Source: Thermotogota bacterium (GTDB lineage Bacteria > Thermotogota > Thermotogae > Petrotogales > Petrotogaceae). From it: DNA of 50,914 nucleotides. The stretch lies in NCBI GenBank assembly GCA_051748045.1, contig JBNJGY010000010.1, positions 1 to 50,914 of the forward strand, given 5' to 3'. Position numbers and translations under genes: made by a program. Below are positions 19,107 through 28,303 of the stretch, piece after piece (positions within the stretch are counted from its first letter, which is position 1; every line of letters starts with the position of its first letter). Under the pieces are notes generated by a model. That model worked only from the letters and a program-made list of their open reading frames with translations. It had not been told where the DNA came from and searched no databases.

Positions 19107-20039
19107 GTGAAAATATCTATAATTGGTGGTATTAATTATGATCTTTCAATCAATGCATATAATAAAATTATACCATTTGATTCAAATCCTTCAAAAATAT
19201 CATATTCTGCTGGGGGAGTCTCTAGAAATATCGCTGAAGTATTAGGAAAATTATTCAAGACATATAAAAATCATAATATATATTTATACGGAGTCGTTGG
19301 AGATGACCCTGAAGGTGATTTTATACTAAAACAAACCGAGAGATCAGGAGTTGATTGTTCGAATGTTTTAAAAAATAATAAAATAAATACTGGTAAATAT
19401 GTAACTTTCAATGAAAATAATGGTGATATGTATGTTGCTGCTAACGATATGAGAATTTTTGATTATTTAGATAATGATATTTTAAAAAAATGGAAGCATA
19501 ATTTAATTGATTCTGATGTAGTTTTACTTGATGCTAATTTGAATATAGACTTAATTAATGAAATATTATATTTGTTGCCTAAAAATATAATTACGATAAT
19601 TGAAACAGTTTCTATGAATAAAATAATAAAACTAAAAAAGTTAAATTTTACTGTAGATATATTAAAAACTAATTTAAAAGAATTTAAATATCTTTATGAC
19701 TTTAATAATGATAATAAAATTTTAGATGTATGTAAAAATATAAAATCATTTCATGATATAATTATAACAAATGGAGAAAATGAAGTTTTTTATTATAAAA
19801 ACGAAGAGATTAAAAATATAAAGACTATAAAGGCAGATGTTGTTAATACTAATGGTGCAGGGGACTCTTTTACTGGTGGTTTCATTTATGGCATATGTAA
19901 TGGTTATGATTATATTAAGTCTATTAGGTATGGAAATGTTTGTTCTTCTTTTTCTCTTAAAACAAATTATATTTTCCCAGATAATATAAGTTTAAACGAA
20001 ATTAATAAACTATATAGGAGGTATTATTTTGAAGATTAA
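19107..20039 (+). CDS. psuK: PfkB family kinase, probable pseudouridine kinase
   Basis: GGVSRNIAE, GVVGDD, LDANL, NTNGAGDSF; overlaps psuG. Confidence 0.8.
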   Translation: MKISIIGGINYDLSINAYNKIIPFDSNPSKISYSAGGVSRNIAEVLGKLFKTYKNHNIYLYGVVGDDPEGDFILKQTERSGVDCSNVLKNNKINTGKYVTFNENNGDMYVAANDMRIFDYLDNDILKKWKHNLIDSDVVLLDANLNIDLINEILYLLPKNIITIIETVSMNKIIKLKKLNFTVDILKTNLKEFKYLYDFNNDNKILDVCKNIKSFHDIIITNGENEVFYYKNEEIKNIKTIKADVVNTNGAGDSFTGGFIYGICNGYDYIKSIRYGNVCSSFSLKTNYIFPDNISLNEINKLYRRYYFED

Positions 20040-20949
20040 ACTAGATTATTTAGACATTAAACCTGAAGTAAAAAAGGCTATAGATGAAGGTAAACCAGTT
20101 ATTTCTCTTGAATCAACTATTATATCTCATGGAATGCCATATCCTCAAAATGTCGAAACCGCAAAAATGCTTGAAAATATAGCAAGAGAAAAAGGAGTGA
20201 CTCCTGCAACAATAGCTGTTATTAAAGGAAAGATAAAAATCGGTTTAGATGATGATGATCTTGAACATATAGCAACCTCTAAAAATGTTGTTAAAGCAAG
20301 TAGAAGAGATATATCATATGTGATGTCAAAAAAACTAGACGCTGCGACTACAGTCTCCGCTACAATGATTTTTTCAGCTATGGCTGGAATTAAGGTTTTT
20401 GCTACAGGAGGAATAGGTGGAGTTCATAGAGGAGCAGAAAAATCTTTTGATATATCATCAGACTTACAAGAATTATCTAAAACAAATGTAGCTGTTGTGT
20501 GTGCGGGAGCTAAAGCTATTTTAGATTTAAAGCTAACCTTAGAATATCTTGAAACAATGGGGGTTCCTGTAATTGGATATAGAACTGATAATTTACCAGC
20601 ATTCTATTCAAAAAATTCAGATTTACAAGTTCCTTTCAGGTTAGATACAGCTTCTATGATTTCAGATATGATGAAAACTAAATGGGATTTAGGATTAAAT
20701 GGAGGCCTATTAATAGCCAACCCAATTCCAGATGAATATTCTATGGATATTGATTTCATTAATCAATCTATTGAAATAGCTCTTAAAAAAGCAGAAGAGC
20801 TAAATATTACAGGTAAAAAAACAACTCCATTTTTGTTAGAAGAAATAAAAAATATAACAGAGGGAAAAAGTTTAGAATCAAATATTGAATTAGTAAAAAA
20901 TAATGTAATTTTAGCTTGTGATATTTCAAGAGAATACTACAATTTATAA
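20029..20949 (+). CDS. psuG: Pseudouridine-5'-phosphate glycosidase
   Basis: LESTIISHGMPYPQN, ATTVSATM, FATGGIGGVHRG, DISSDL, GKKTTPFLL. Confidence 0.95.
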   Translation: MKIKLDYLDIKPEVKKAIDEGKPVISLESTIISHGMPYPQNVETAKMLENIAREKGVTPATIAVIKGKIKIGLDDDDLEHIATSKNVVKASRRDISYVMSKKLDAATTVSATMIFSAMAGIKVFATGGIGGVHRGAEKSFDISSDLQELSKTNVAVVCAGAKAILDLKLTLEYLETMGVPVIGYRTDNLPAFYSKNSDLQVPFRLDTASMISDMMKTKWDLGLNGGLLIANPIPDEYSMDIDFINQSIEIALKKAEELNITGKKTTPFLLEEIKNITEGKSLESNIELVKNNVILACDISREYYNL

Positions 20950-20982
20950 ATAGATTTTACGGGGAAAATAAGGAGGGATAAA

Positions 20983-21648
20983 ATGGATGTAAAAATAAAA
21001 GATTCTTTTTATAACATGATGAATAAACTTCAAAGAGAAAAAGTAACAACATATATAAAAGAAAAATTGGATAATGATGAAATTTCATACAGAGATCTTT
21101 ATGAACAATTACTAATTCCATATCTTTCTAATTGGGATTGTGATGAAGATATTCAAGAACTATGTATATTTAAAGAACATGTATCGACTTCAATTATTCG
21201 AACTATTATTGAAATAAATTACCCTTTTTTGGTAAAACAAAGAAAAAAGCTTTTGAATGATGGAAGAATATCTGAATTAAGAAAAAAAATATTTGTCGCC
21301 TGTCCATCAGGAGAGTATCATGAAATTGGAGCTAGAATTGTAAGCGATTTTTTTTATATGAATGGATATGAAGTTTTATATGTGGGTGCCAATACTCCTT
21401 TAGATGAAATTATTAAAATGACCAAAGTTTTCATACCTGATTATATAGCTTTTAGTGTAAGTGATCCTTATAACATAATTTCAGCTAAAAAAACTATTTC
21501 AAGATTAAGAGAAAACAATACACAATCAAAAATAATAGTTGGAGGAAGAGCTTTTAAAATAAATCCACATGTTTTTAAACAGATAAAAGCTGATCTTTTA
21601 CTCAATTCATTTGAAGATATTGAAAAATTAGCTGAAGGTGATAAATAA
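20983..21648 (+). CDS. Stand-alone cobalamin-binding domain protein (CarH-like B12 module, no HTH)
   Basis: Helical cap with W...EH; PSGEYHEIG base-off His motif; VGANTP, FSVS, IVGGRAF. Confidence 0.85.
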   Translation: MDVKIKDSFYNMMNKLQREKVTTYIKEKLDNDEISYRDLYEQLLIPYLSNWDCDEDIQELCIFKEHVSTSIIRTIIEINYPFLVKQRKKLLNDGRISELRKKIFVACPSGEYHEIGARIVSDFFYMNGYEVLYVGANTPLDEIIKMTKVFIPDYIAFSVSDPYNIISAKKTISRLRENNTQSKIIVGGRAFKINPHVFKQIKADLLLNSFEDIEKLAEGDK

Positions 21649-22814
21649 TGGCTTTCTTATCTAAAATTGCATTTAGGTTTATGAAAAAAGGTGGAGGACA
21701 AACAATATTAATTATAGCAGGAATCGCAGTTGGAGTTGCAATTCAAATATTTATAGGGTTACTAATTCAAGGTCTTCAAGAAAGTTTAGTTAATCAGACA
21801 ATTGGTGACTCTTCACATGTTTCTATTTCATCTAGTTTAGAAAATGGGAATGTTAAAGACTATAATGATATTATAAGTAATATAGAACAAGTTGATACAA
21901 ACAATAGTATAAATGTTATCAACCCTACAATAGTAAAACCTTCAACTTTACAATTGGAAGAAGCTAACAAAAATATATTAGTTAAAGGAATGCCTATTGA
22001 TAGTGGAGAGAAGATTTATGAGTTTTCAGAGAAAATAACAATTGGGAACACTCCTAATGATGGAGAAGTAATTTTAGGAGAATATTATAAAGAAAAATTC
22101 AACTTACAAGTTGGTGATGAAATAAGTATTTTTATTTTAGATAAATTTGCTTCTGAAAAACTTAAAATATCAGGATTTTTTAAATTTGGAGTTCAAAATA
22201 TTAATGAAAGTTGGTTAATTACTAATCTTAATACTGCACAATCTTTATTTGAAACAAATACAGTAAGCAGTATAGAAATGCAAGTCAATTCGCCTCTTGA
22301 AGTTGAAATAGTTAAATCTTCTTTGAGCGATGAATTGAGTTTAAATGAAAATTTACAAATAGTAACTTGGAAAGAATTAAACGCAGATCTTTTAACAGCA
22401 TTAAGTAGTCAATCATTATCAAGTATAATGATTCAAGTATTTGTTATTATATCAGTATCCTTAGCAATTGCTTCTGTCTTAATAGTTTCAGTTTTACAAA
22501 AATCAAGAGAAATAGGTATTTTAAAAGCCATGGGGATTAAAAATTTTCAATCTAGTATGATTTTTGTGTTAGAAGGATTATTTTTAGGTATAATTGGAGC
22601 TTTGATTGGAGTGGCTTTTGGAATTGGGTTAATATTATCATTTACAACTTTTGCAGTAGAAGCAGATGGAAGTTCAGTGATACCAATAACATTTAATTAT
22701 GGATTTATTATTTTATCTTTTGTAATTGCCGTTTCTTCAGCAGTAATAGCCTCAATAATTGCTGGAAGAAAGTCATCTAAATTGAATCCTATAGAGGTGA
22801 TTAAAAATGGATAA
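21648..22814 (+). CDS. ABC transporter permease, MacB/LolE/FtsX family
   Basis: 1 TM, large periplasmic domain, then 3 TM; KSREIGILKAMG; LNPIEVI. Confidence 0.9.
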   Translation: MAFLSKIAFRFMKKGGGQTILIIAGIAVGVAIQIFIGLLIQGLQESLVNQTIGDSSHVSISSSLENGNVKDYNDIISNIEQVDTNNSINVINPTIVKPSTLQLEEANKNILVKGMPIDSGEKIYEFSEKITIGNTPNDGEVILGEYYKEKFNLQVGDEISIFILDKFASEKLKISGFFKFGVQNINESWLITNLNTAQSLFETNTVSSIEMQVNSPLEVEIVKSSLSDELSLNENLQIVTWKELNADLLTALSSQSLSSIMIQVFVIISVSLAIASVLIVSVLQKSREIGILKAMGIKNFQSSMIFVLEGLFLGIIGALIGVAFGIGLILSFTTFAVEADGSSVIPITFNYGFIILSFVIAVSSAVIASIIAGRKSSKLNPIEVIKNG

Positions 22815-23499
22815 TAATATAATAAAATTAAATAAAGTTAATAAAGTATATGGTGAGAAAATAAAAAATCATGTCATTCATGATATGGATTTAGAAGTCA
22901 AACAAAATTCTTTTCTTTCTATAATAGGACAGTCTGGTAGTGGTAAATCAACACTATTAAATATGATTGGCACTCTAGATACACAAACATCTGGTAACAT
23001 CTATATTGATGGAATAAATACAACAAAAATGAATAAAAAAGAATTGGCTGAACTGAGAAATCAAAAGATTGGATTTATTTTTCAATTTCATTATTTATTA
23101 AATGAATTTTCTGTTCTTGAAAATGTTTTAATACCTTATCAAATTTCTGGAAATAAAATAACTAAAAAGGTTAAAAATAAAGCTATAGAATTATTAGAAT
23201 TAGTTGGTTTAAAAAGTGTTATTAATTCAAACTCTAATAAAATATCAGGAGGACAGCAACAAAGAACTGCTATTGCAAGAAGTTTAATAAATGAACCTCC
23301 AATAATATTAGCTGATGAACCAACAGGAAATTTAGATTCTGATACAACAGAAAGTATATATAATCTCTTTAGAAAAATACATAAAGATTTAAACACAACT
23401 TTTATAGTAATAACTCACGATCAACATGTTGCTGAAAAAACCGATAGGATTATAGAATTAAAAGATGGACGTATAGAATCTGATATATACACTAAATAA
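22807..23499 (+). CDS. ABC transporter ATP-binding protein, LolD family
   Basis: GQSGSGKST, GFIFQFHYL, ISGGQQQR, LADEPTGNLD, ITHD. Confidence 0.95.
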   Translation: MDNNIIKLNKVNKVYGEKIKNHVIHDMDLEVKQNSFLSIIGQSGSGKSTLLNMIGTLDTQTSGNIYIDGINTTKMNKKELAELRNQKIGFIFQFHYLLNEFSVLENVLIPYQISGNKITKKVKNKAIELLELVGLKSVINSNSNKISGGQQQRTAIARSLINEPPIILADEPTGNLDSDTTESIYNLFRKIHKDLNTTFIVITHDQHVAEKTDRIIELKDGRIESDIYTK

Positions 23500-23543
23500 T
23501 ATAATATACAATGTATAGATAGATATAATCTAATAAAATATAT

Positions 23544-23589
23544 ATAAAATACATCGACAATAGTATAACAGATAGTCGGTGTATTTTAT
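23544..23589 (+). terminator. Hairpin/terminator after the ABC operon
   Basis: ATAAAATACATCGAC-N16-GTCGGTGTATTTTAT; the one mismatch is a U-G pair only in + strand RNA. Confidence 0.65.
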
Positions 23590-23772
23590 TATATAGTTAA
23601 TAATAAATATAGATAAGATTATACAGTATAAAAATGTTGTTGATTAAAAATAATAGACTAAAAATTATTATGTGTGTAATATCAAAATGTTATAATAATT
23701 TTTGAAATAAAAAAAAACAAAATTTTATAAAATATTTTTGATCTGAAATTTTCTTTGATTTATTAGTTAACC

Positions 23773-23798
23773 TGTCGGAAAACCTAAGTTTTCCGACA
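23773..23798. other. Isolated perfect inverted repeat (candidate recombination or protein-binding site)
   Basis: TGTCGGAAAAC-CTAA-GTTTTCCGACA in the middle of a 637-bp intergenic gap. Confidence 0.6.
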
Positions 23799-24025
23799 TT
23801 AGATAATAAAGTTTAATATAAAGCTTCTGTATTCTGCTAATGATCATTGTTTTAAGACGGTATCGATAAACGCTTTATTTTGGCTAATGATTATTTATAA
23901 TGATTAATTACATTATAAAAGAATTAAAAGCTTCATATAAACCAAATATGAAAGAGGTATATTTATAATAATTATATAATAAAACAATATAAAAGTATCT
24001 CTATAAAATAAAAGAGAGAATACAA

Positions 24026-24075
24026 TATAAAATAATAAAACTGTTATAAAATAATAAAACTGTTATAAAATAATA
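24026..24075 (+). repeat. 19-bp tandem repeat, ~2.6 copies
   Basis: TATAAAATAATAAAACTGT at 24026 and 24045, partial copy at 24064. Confidence 0.85.
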
Positions 24076-24086
24076 TAAAATCATAA

Positions 24087-24113
24087 ACACATTATATATA
24101 ATATATAAAGTGT
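24087..24113. promoter_or_regulatory. Putative TetR operator
   Basis: ACAC-a-TTATATAT-a-ATATATAA-a-GTGT palindrome just upstream of the tetR RBS. Confidence 0.45.
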
Positions 24114-24136
24114 ATAAAGAGAGGTTCATAATAAAA

Positions 24137-24712
24137 ATGAAGAAAACAACTGAAAAAAGAGTAGAAAAATTAATTAACATTTCAAAAGCAGAATTATTAG
24201 AAAAAGGTATTTCTGGTTTTAGTTTTGACAAAGCAATATCATCTACTAGTTTAAGTAAAGCAACTGTTTATAAATTATTTATTAATAAAGAAGGTTTCAT
24301 AAAAGCTGTTATAAAATCTGCATTAGAAGACATGATTCCACCGTTTAAAAAATTATTAGATAAATATAAATCTTTATCAGATGTTTTGGATGATTTGGAA
24401 AAGATAAACTTTGATGTTAAGTCTATTATAAAACAGTATCCAATAGAAGATTTAATAGATCATAAGGAATACACATCTTATATTAATAAGTTTTATTATG
24501 AATATTTTGGTAAAATTATTATAGATAAGATAAAAGAATTTCAAAATTCAGGTGAAATAAGAAATGATATAAATGCAATTTATATTTTTGAATTTATCAC
24601 ATCTGTGACTAAAGGTATGGGAAACATGTTAATTGATAAAAATTTTAAAGATGTTGTTAACAATTATAATAAATTAATTATGAATGCAATAAAAGGAAAA
24701 GGAGATATATAA
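24137..24712 (+). CDS. TetR/AcrR family transcriptional regulator
   Basis: KGISGFSFDKAISSTSLSKATVYKLFINKE HTH; C-terminal QNSGEIRND; ATG 24137 follows GAGAGG. Confidence 0.85.
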   Translation: MKKTTEKRVEKLINISKAELLEKGISGFSFDKAISSTSLSKATVYKLFINKEGFIKAVIKSALEDMIPPFKKLLDKYKSLSDVLDDLEKINFDVKSIIKQYPIEDLIDHKEYTSYINKFYYEYFGKIIIDKIKEFQNSGEIRNDINAIYIFEFITSVTKGMGNMLIDKNFKDVVNNYNKLIMNAIKGKGDI

Positions 24713-25806
24713 TGTATTTATTACTAGCAAATACCTCATTGGGTTTAGAAAAAATTTTAAAAGAAGAATTAAAAGATAATGGTTTTAAAATTAAAGATGT
24801 AAAAAGAGGAATGGTATATTGTTTAATAGATGAAAAAAATATTCATAACATAAAAAAAATAAGAACTGCTGAAAGAATCTATATGATAATGAAGGAATTT
24901 AAGTTTAAAAAATTAGATGATTATTTTGATAATATATATAATATTGAATGGAATGAATATTTTGGGATAAAAGATAAGGTTATAATCGATAAAGTAATAA
25001 TAAATAGCAAATATCATAAATCAGCAAAAACTTTTCAGTCACTAACTCAAAAAGCAGTATATAAAAAAATGATGGATAAATACAATATTGATTTTATGAT
25101 GGAAAGTAATAACGAATTTAAAATGAGGGTATTTATATTTGGTATAAAAGCTGTAATAGCATTGGATTTATCTGGTGAACCATTGCATAAAAGAAATTAT
25201 AAAAAATTTATCTCAAAAGCTCCTTTAAAAGAACACATTGCCTCTGCTCTAATATTATTTTCAAATTGGGATAAAAAAAGTCCTTTAATAGATCCATTTT
25301 GTGGTAGTGGGACTATACCTTTGGAAGCAGGTTTAATAGCAGCAGATATTTCTGCTGGGTTTATGAGAGAATATGATTATGAAAATATGCAAAAATTTTC
25401 TCATTATAAAAATGATTCTGATAAAGAAATAAATAATCCGGAAATTATTGGAACAGATAAAGAAGAAGATATGATTGAGACATCATTGAAAAATTATGAT
25501 AATATAAAATATGATTTAAATGTATCTTTTTATAAATCAAGTATGGAAAAGATTAAAAATAATTTTTCAAAAAAGGGGACTATAATAACTAATCCACCTT
25601 ATGGAGTAAGATTAGAAGATAAAAAACAAGCTATTAAACTGGTAGAACAAATGAGATATTTAAAAAAAGAATTTCAAGGGTGGGAATTAACTGTTATTAC
25701 AAGTCTAAAAAATTATGAAAAATATTTTGATCATAAAGCAACAAAAACAATTGAAATTATTAACGGTAAAATTAAATCTTTTATTTTTAATTATAAGGAG
25801 TTATAA
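24712..25806 (+). CDS. THUMP-domain RNA methyltransferase (RlmL/YpsC-like)
   Basis: LDLSGEPLHKRNY, APLKEHIA, DPFCGSGTIPLEA, ITNPPYG. Confidence 0.9.
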   Translation: MYLLLANTSLGLEKILKEELKDNGFKIKDVKRGMVYCLIDEKNIHNIKKIRTAERIYMIMKEFKFKKLDDYFDNIYNIEWNEYFGIKDKVIIDKVIINSKYHKSAKTFQSLTQKAVYKKMMDKYNIDFMMESNNEFKMRVFIFGIKAVIALDLSGEPLHKRNYKKFISKAPLKEHIASALILFSNWDKKSPLIDPFCGSGTIPLEAGLIAADISAGFMREYDYENMQKFSHYKNDSDKEINNPEIIGTDKEEDMIETSLKNYDNIKYDLNVSFYKSSMEKIKNNFSKKGTIITNPPYGVRLEDKKQAIKLVEQMRYLKKEFQGWELTVITSLKNYEKYFDHKATKTIEIINGKIKSFIFNYKEL

Positions 25807-25807
25807 A

Positions 25808-27049
25808 ATGAAAAGTAAAAAGATATTATTTTTAATTTTTATGATTTTAAATATATTAATATTTTCTGCAACTGATTATTACTATAATTATAAACCAAAA
25901 ACTAAACAAATAGATGTTTTTGATAATGATTATAAAAAATTAAATAATGAGCTAGATAAAATAACTGAAGAAATTGATTTCTTTATTGGTATTGATATTA
26001 AAAGCATAAAAAAAGAGGATATTTATAGTTTTAATTCATCAAAATATTTTAGACCTGCTTCAACGACTAAATTATTTACTACATATTTAGCTTTAAAAGA
26101 ATTTGGATTTAATAAAAATTTTCAAACACTAATATACTTAGAGGATACTCCTAACTCAGAAGTCACTTCTAATATATACATAAAAGGTTATGGAGATCCT
26201 TTTTTAACTGTTGAAGAATACAAAAGATTTTTAAATAAATTAAAATTAAGTGGAATAAAAACTATTTATGGAGATTTAATTTTTGATTTTTCTTATTATG
26301 ATATTAAAGGTTACGGTGAAGGATGGTTGTGGAATGATCCTCAACCTCAGGTTTTACCTCTTAATCTTTGGACTAACAATAATGCTTTATCTAAAAAAAC
26401 GAGCTATGAAAATCAAAAAGATAGAATAAAGTATTTAACTGTTTACTTACTTAATGATTTGGGGATAAATTTTCAAGGTGAAATTTTCGAAGAAAATGTT
26501 CCTGAACATTTAAATCCATATTTTACTAATAAATCAGAATCTTTAGGTAGTATATTAGAGTTTATGAATAAAGAAAGTGATAATTTTATATCAGAACATC
26601 TTTTTAGATATCTTATAAACAATTGGGAACTAAATAATAAAAATAATTATAAAGATATATCTGAATTAATAAATATTAAGCTCCCTTTTATTCCTGAAGA
26701 TATAGTAATTACAGATGGTACAGGACTTTCAACATATAACTTAGTCACACCTGGTATTATGAATGAATTAATTTTAAAATTAATAGATGATTTTTCATTA
26801 GATAAAACAAAAAATCTTTTAACAACTTCCTACGAAAATGGTGTATTTTTTGACAGATATAAAAAATCAAATTTATGGGTAAAAACCGGCACACTATATA
26901 CTGATTCTGCAATAACTGGTATTATTGAAAGTAAAAATAAAGAATATTATGTTTTTACAATCTTTATTAATAATGCAGTTGAAGAAAGTAAAATAATTAA
27001 AGATTTAGAGATAGATATAATAGAAACTATTTATGAAAATTTAAAATAA
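25808..27049 (+). CDS. dacB: D-Ala-D-Ala carboxypeptidase/endopeptidase (PBP4, peptidase S13)
   Basis: PASTTK (SxxK), GYGDP, SDN, DGTGLS, KTGTL; signal peptide from ATG 25808. Confidence 0.9.
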   Translation: MKSKKILFLIFMILNILIFSATDYYYNYKPKTKQIDVFDNDYKKLNNELDKITEEIDFFIGIDIKSIKKEDIYSFNSSKYFRPASTTKLFTTYLALKEFGFNKNFQTLIYLEDTPNSEVTSNIYIKGYGDPFLTVEEYKRFLNKLKLSGIKTIYGDLIFDFSYYDIKGYGEGWLWNDPQPQVLPLNLWTNNNALSKKTSYENQKDRIKYLTVYLLNDLGINFQGEIFEENVPEHLNPYFTNKSESLGSILEFMNKESDNFISEHLFRYLINNWELNNKNNYKDISELINIKLPFIPEDIVITDGTGLSTYNLVTPGIMNELILKLIDDFSLDKTKNLLTTSYENGVFFDRYKKSNLWVKTGTLYTDSAITGIIESKNKEYYVFTIFINNAVEESKIIKDLEIDIIETIYENLK

Positions 27050-27075
27050 AAATCGGCTTAGCCGATTTTTATTTT
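27043..27075. terminator. Bidirectional terminator between dacB and pfp
   Basis: AAAATAAAAATCGGC-tta-GCCGATTTTTATTTT. Confidence 0.88.
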
Positions 27076-28291
27076 ATTGATATATCTTTAATTTTAAATA
27101 ATCAGGTACACCATTTTTAAAAGGTGGATAGTATTCCCCATTTATTAGTGGTTTGCAATATTCTAAAAATTTATCAGTAACATACAAACCATCGGTAGTT
27201 ATGAAATCTTTTGGTAAATACTTAGTTTCGTTTGCTATTTTGCTTAGTGGAGCGAGTTTGTATTCTATTTGATAAGGAGAGTTAGAAACTCTTTCAAAAG
27301 AAACCATATATCCACTTATTCCATTTGTTGCAAATTCAACTGCTTTTTCACCAGCGATAATAGCTTCATTTACATCGGTTAGAGAAGACAAATGTCTTCC
27401 ACTTCTTTGTAAATAATCAGGAATAGCTGTATGAACTTTTAATTTTAATTCGTTATGAATTAAATCAGATATTACTTTACCTGCATATCCTAATTGTTTA
27501 TTACCAAAATTATCTTTATATCCAAGATCTGATATGAATTTTCCATCTGGATATTTAATTCCTTCTGAAACTGCAATTGAACAATATCCATCGTCGTTTA
27601 TCGCATCATTTATTTTTGAAAGAAATTTGTCTTTTTTAAATGAAATTTCTGGTAGAAGTATAACATGCGGCCCAAAATTATTGTTTATATTTGCCATTGC
27701 AGTTGAAGCTGCAAGCCAACCGGCATGCCTTCCCATGGTTTCTAAAACGAATACTTTTGTTGAATCTTTTGCCATACTTTTTACATCAATACTTCCTTCT
27801 AAAATTGAAGTAGATAAGTATTTAGCAGCTGAACCAAAACCAGGAGTATGGTCTGTATGCGGAAGATCATTATCCACAGTTTTTGGGATCCCCATTACTT
27901 TTAAGTCATATCCAGTAGATTTGGCGAACTCAGCGATTTTATTTGCAGTATCCATGGAGTCATTTCCACCGTTATAGAAAAAATAACCAATATTATATTT
28001 TTTAAAAATTTCAAATATATTTGTAAGTATTGGATCATTATTACTTTCAATCTTTCTTCTACAAGACCCAAAAGCACTAGAAGGAGTATATTTTAATAAT
28101 TCAATCTCTTTTTCTGGTAAATCTTTCATATTCATTAAATGCTCGTTTATAATTCCATTAATACCATTTATTGATATATACACATTTTCTATATTAGAAG
28201 CCAGAAAAGAACTCCTAATAACCCCATAAGCTGAAGCATTAATAACACTTGTAACTCCGCCAGATTGAGCATAAACTACATTTTTTTTCAT
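27074..28291 (-). CDS. pfp: Phosphofructokinase, predicted PPi-dependent
   Basis: QSGG, GGNDS (Asp variant) and PKTVDND (Lys variant) typical of PPi-PFK; MGRHAGW. Confidence 0.88.
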   Translation of the reverse strand: MKKNVVYAQSGGVTSVINASAYGVIRSSFLASNIENVYISINGINGIINEHLMNMKDLPEKEIELLKYTPSSAFGSCRRKIESNNDPILTNIFEIFKKYNIGYFFYNGGNDSMDTANKIAEFAKSTGYDLKVMGIPKTVDNDLPHTDHTPGFGSAAKYLSTSILEGSIDVKSMAKDSTKVFVLETMGRHAGWLAASTAMANINNNFGPHVILLPEISFKKDKFLSKINDAINDDGYCSIAVSEGIKYPDGKFISDLGYKDNFGNKQLGYAGKVISDLIHNELKLKVHTAIPDYLQRSGRHLSSLTDVNEAIIAGEKAVEFATNGISGYMVSFERVSNSPYQIEYKLAPLSKIANETKYLPKDFITTDGLYVTDKFLEYCKPLINGEYYPPFKNGVPDYLKLKIYQ

Positions 28292-28303
28292 TTAATACCC
28301 TCC

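Noticed and set aside
24026-24075. 19-bp repeats as a mini-CRISPR
   Set aside because: The copies are contiguous with no spacers.
25715-25807. Extended N-terminus of dacB
   Set aside because: Overlaps the methyltransferase gene; the RBS and signal peptide fit ATG 25808.
27870-27878. DnaA box TTATCCACA
   Set aside because: Single copy inside the pfp coding sequence, with no cluster.
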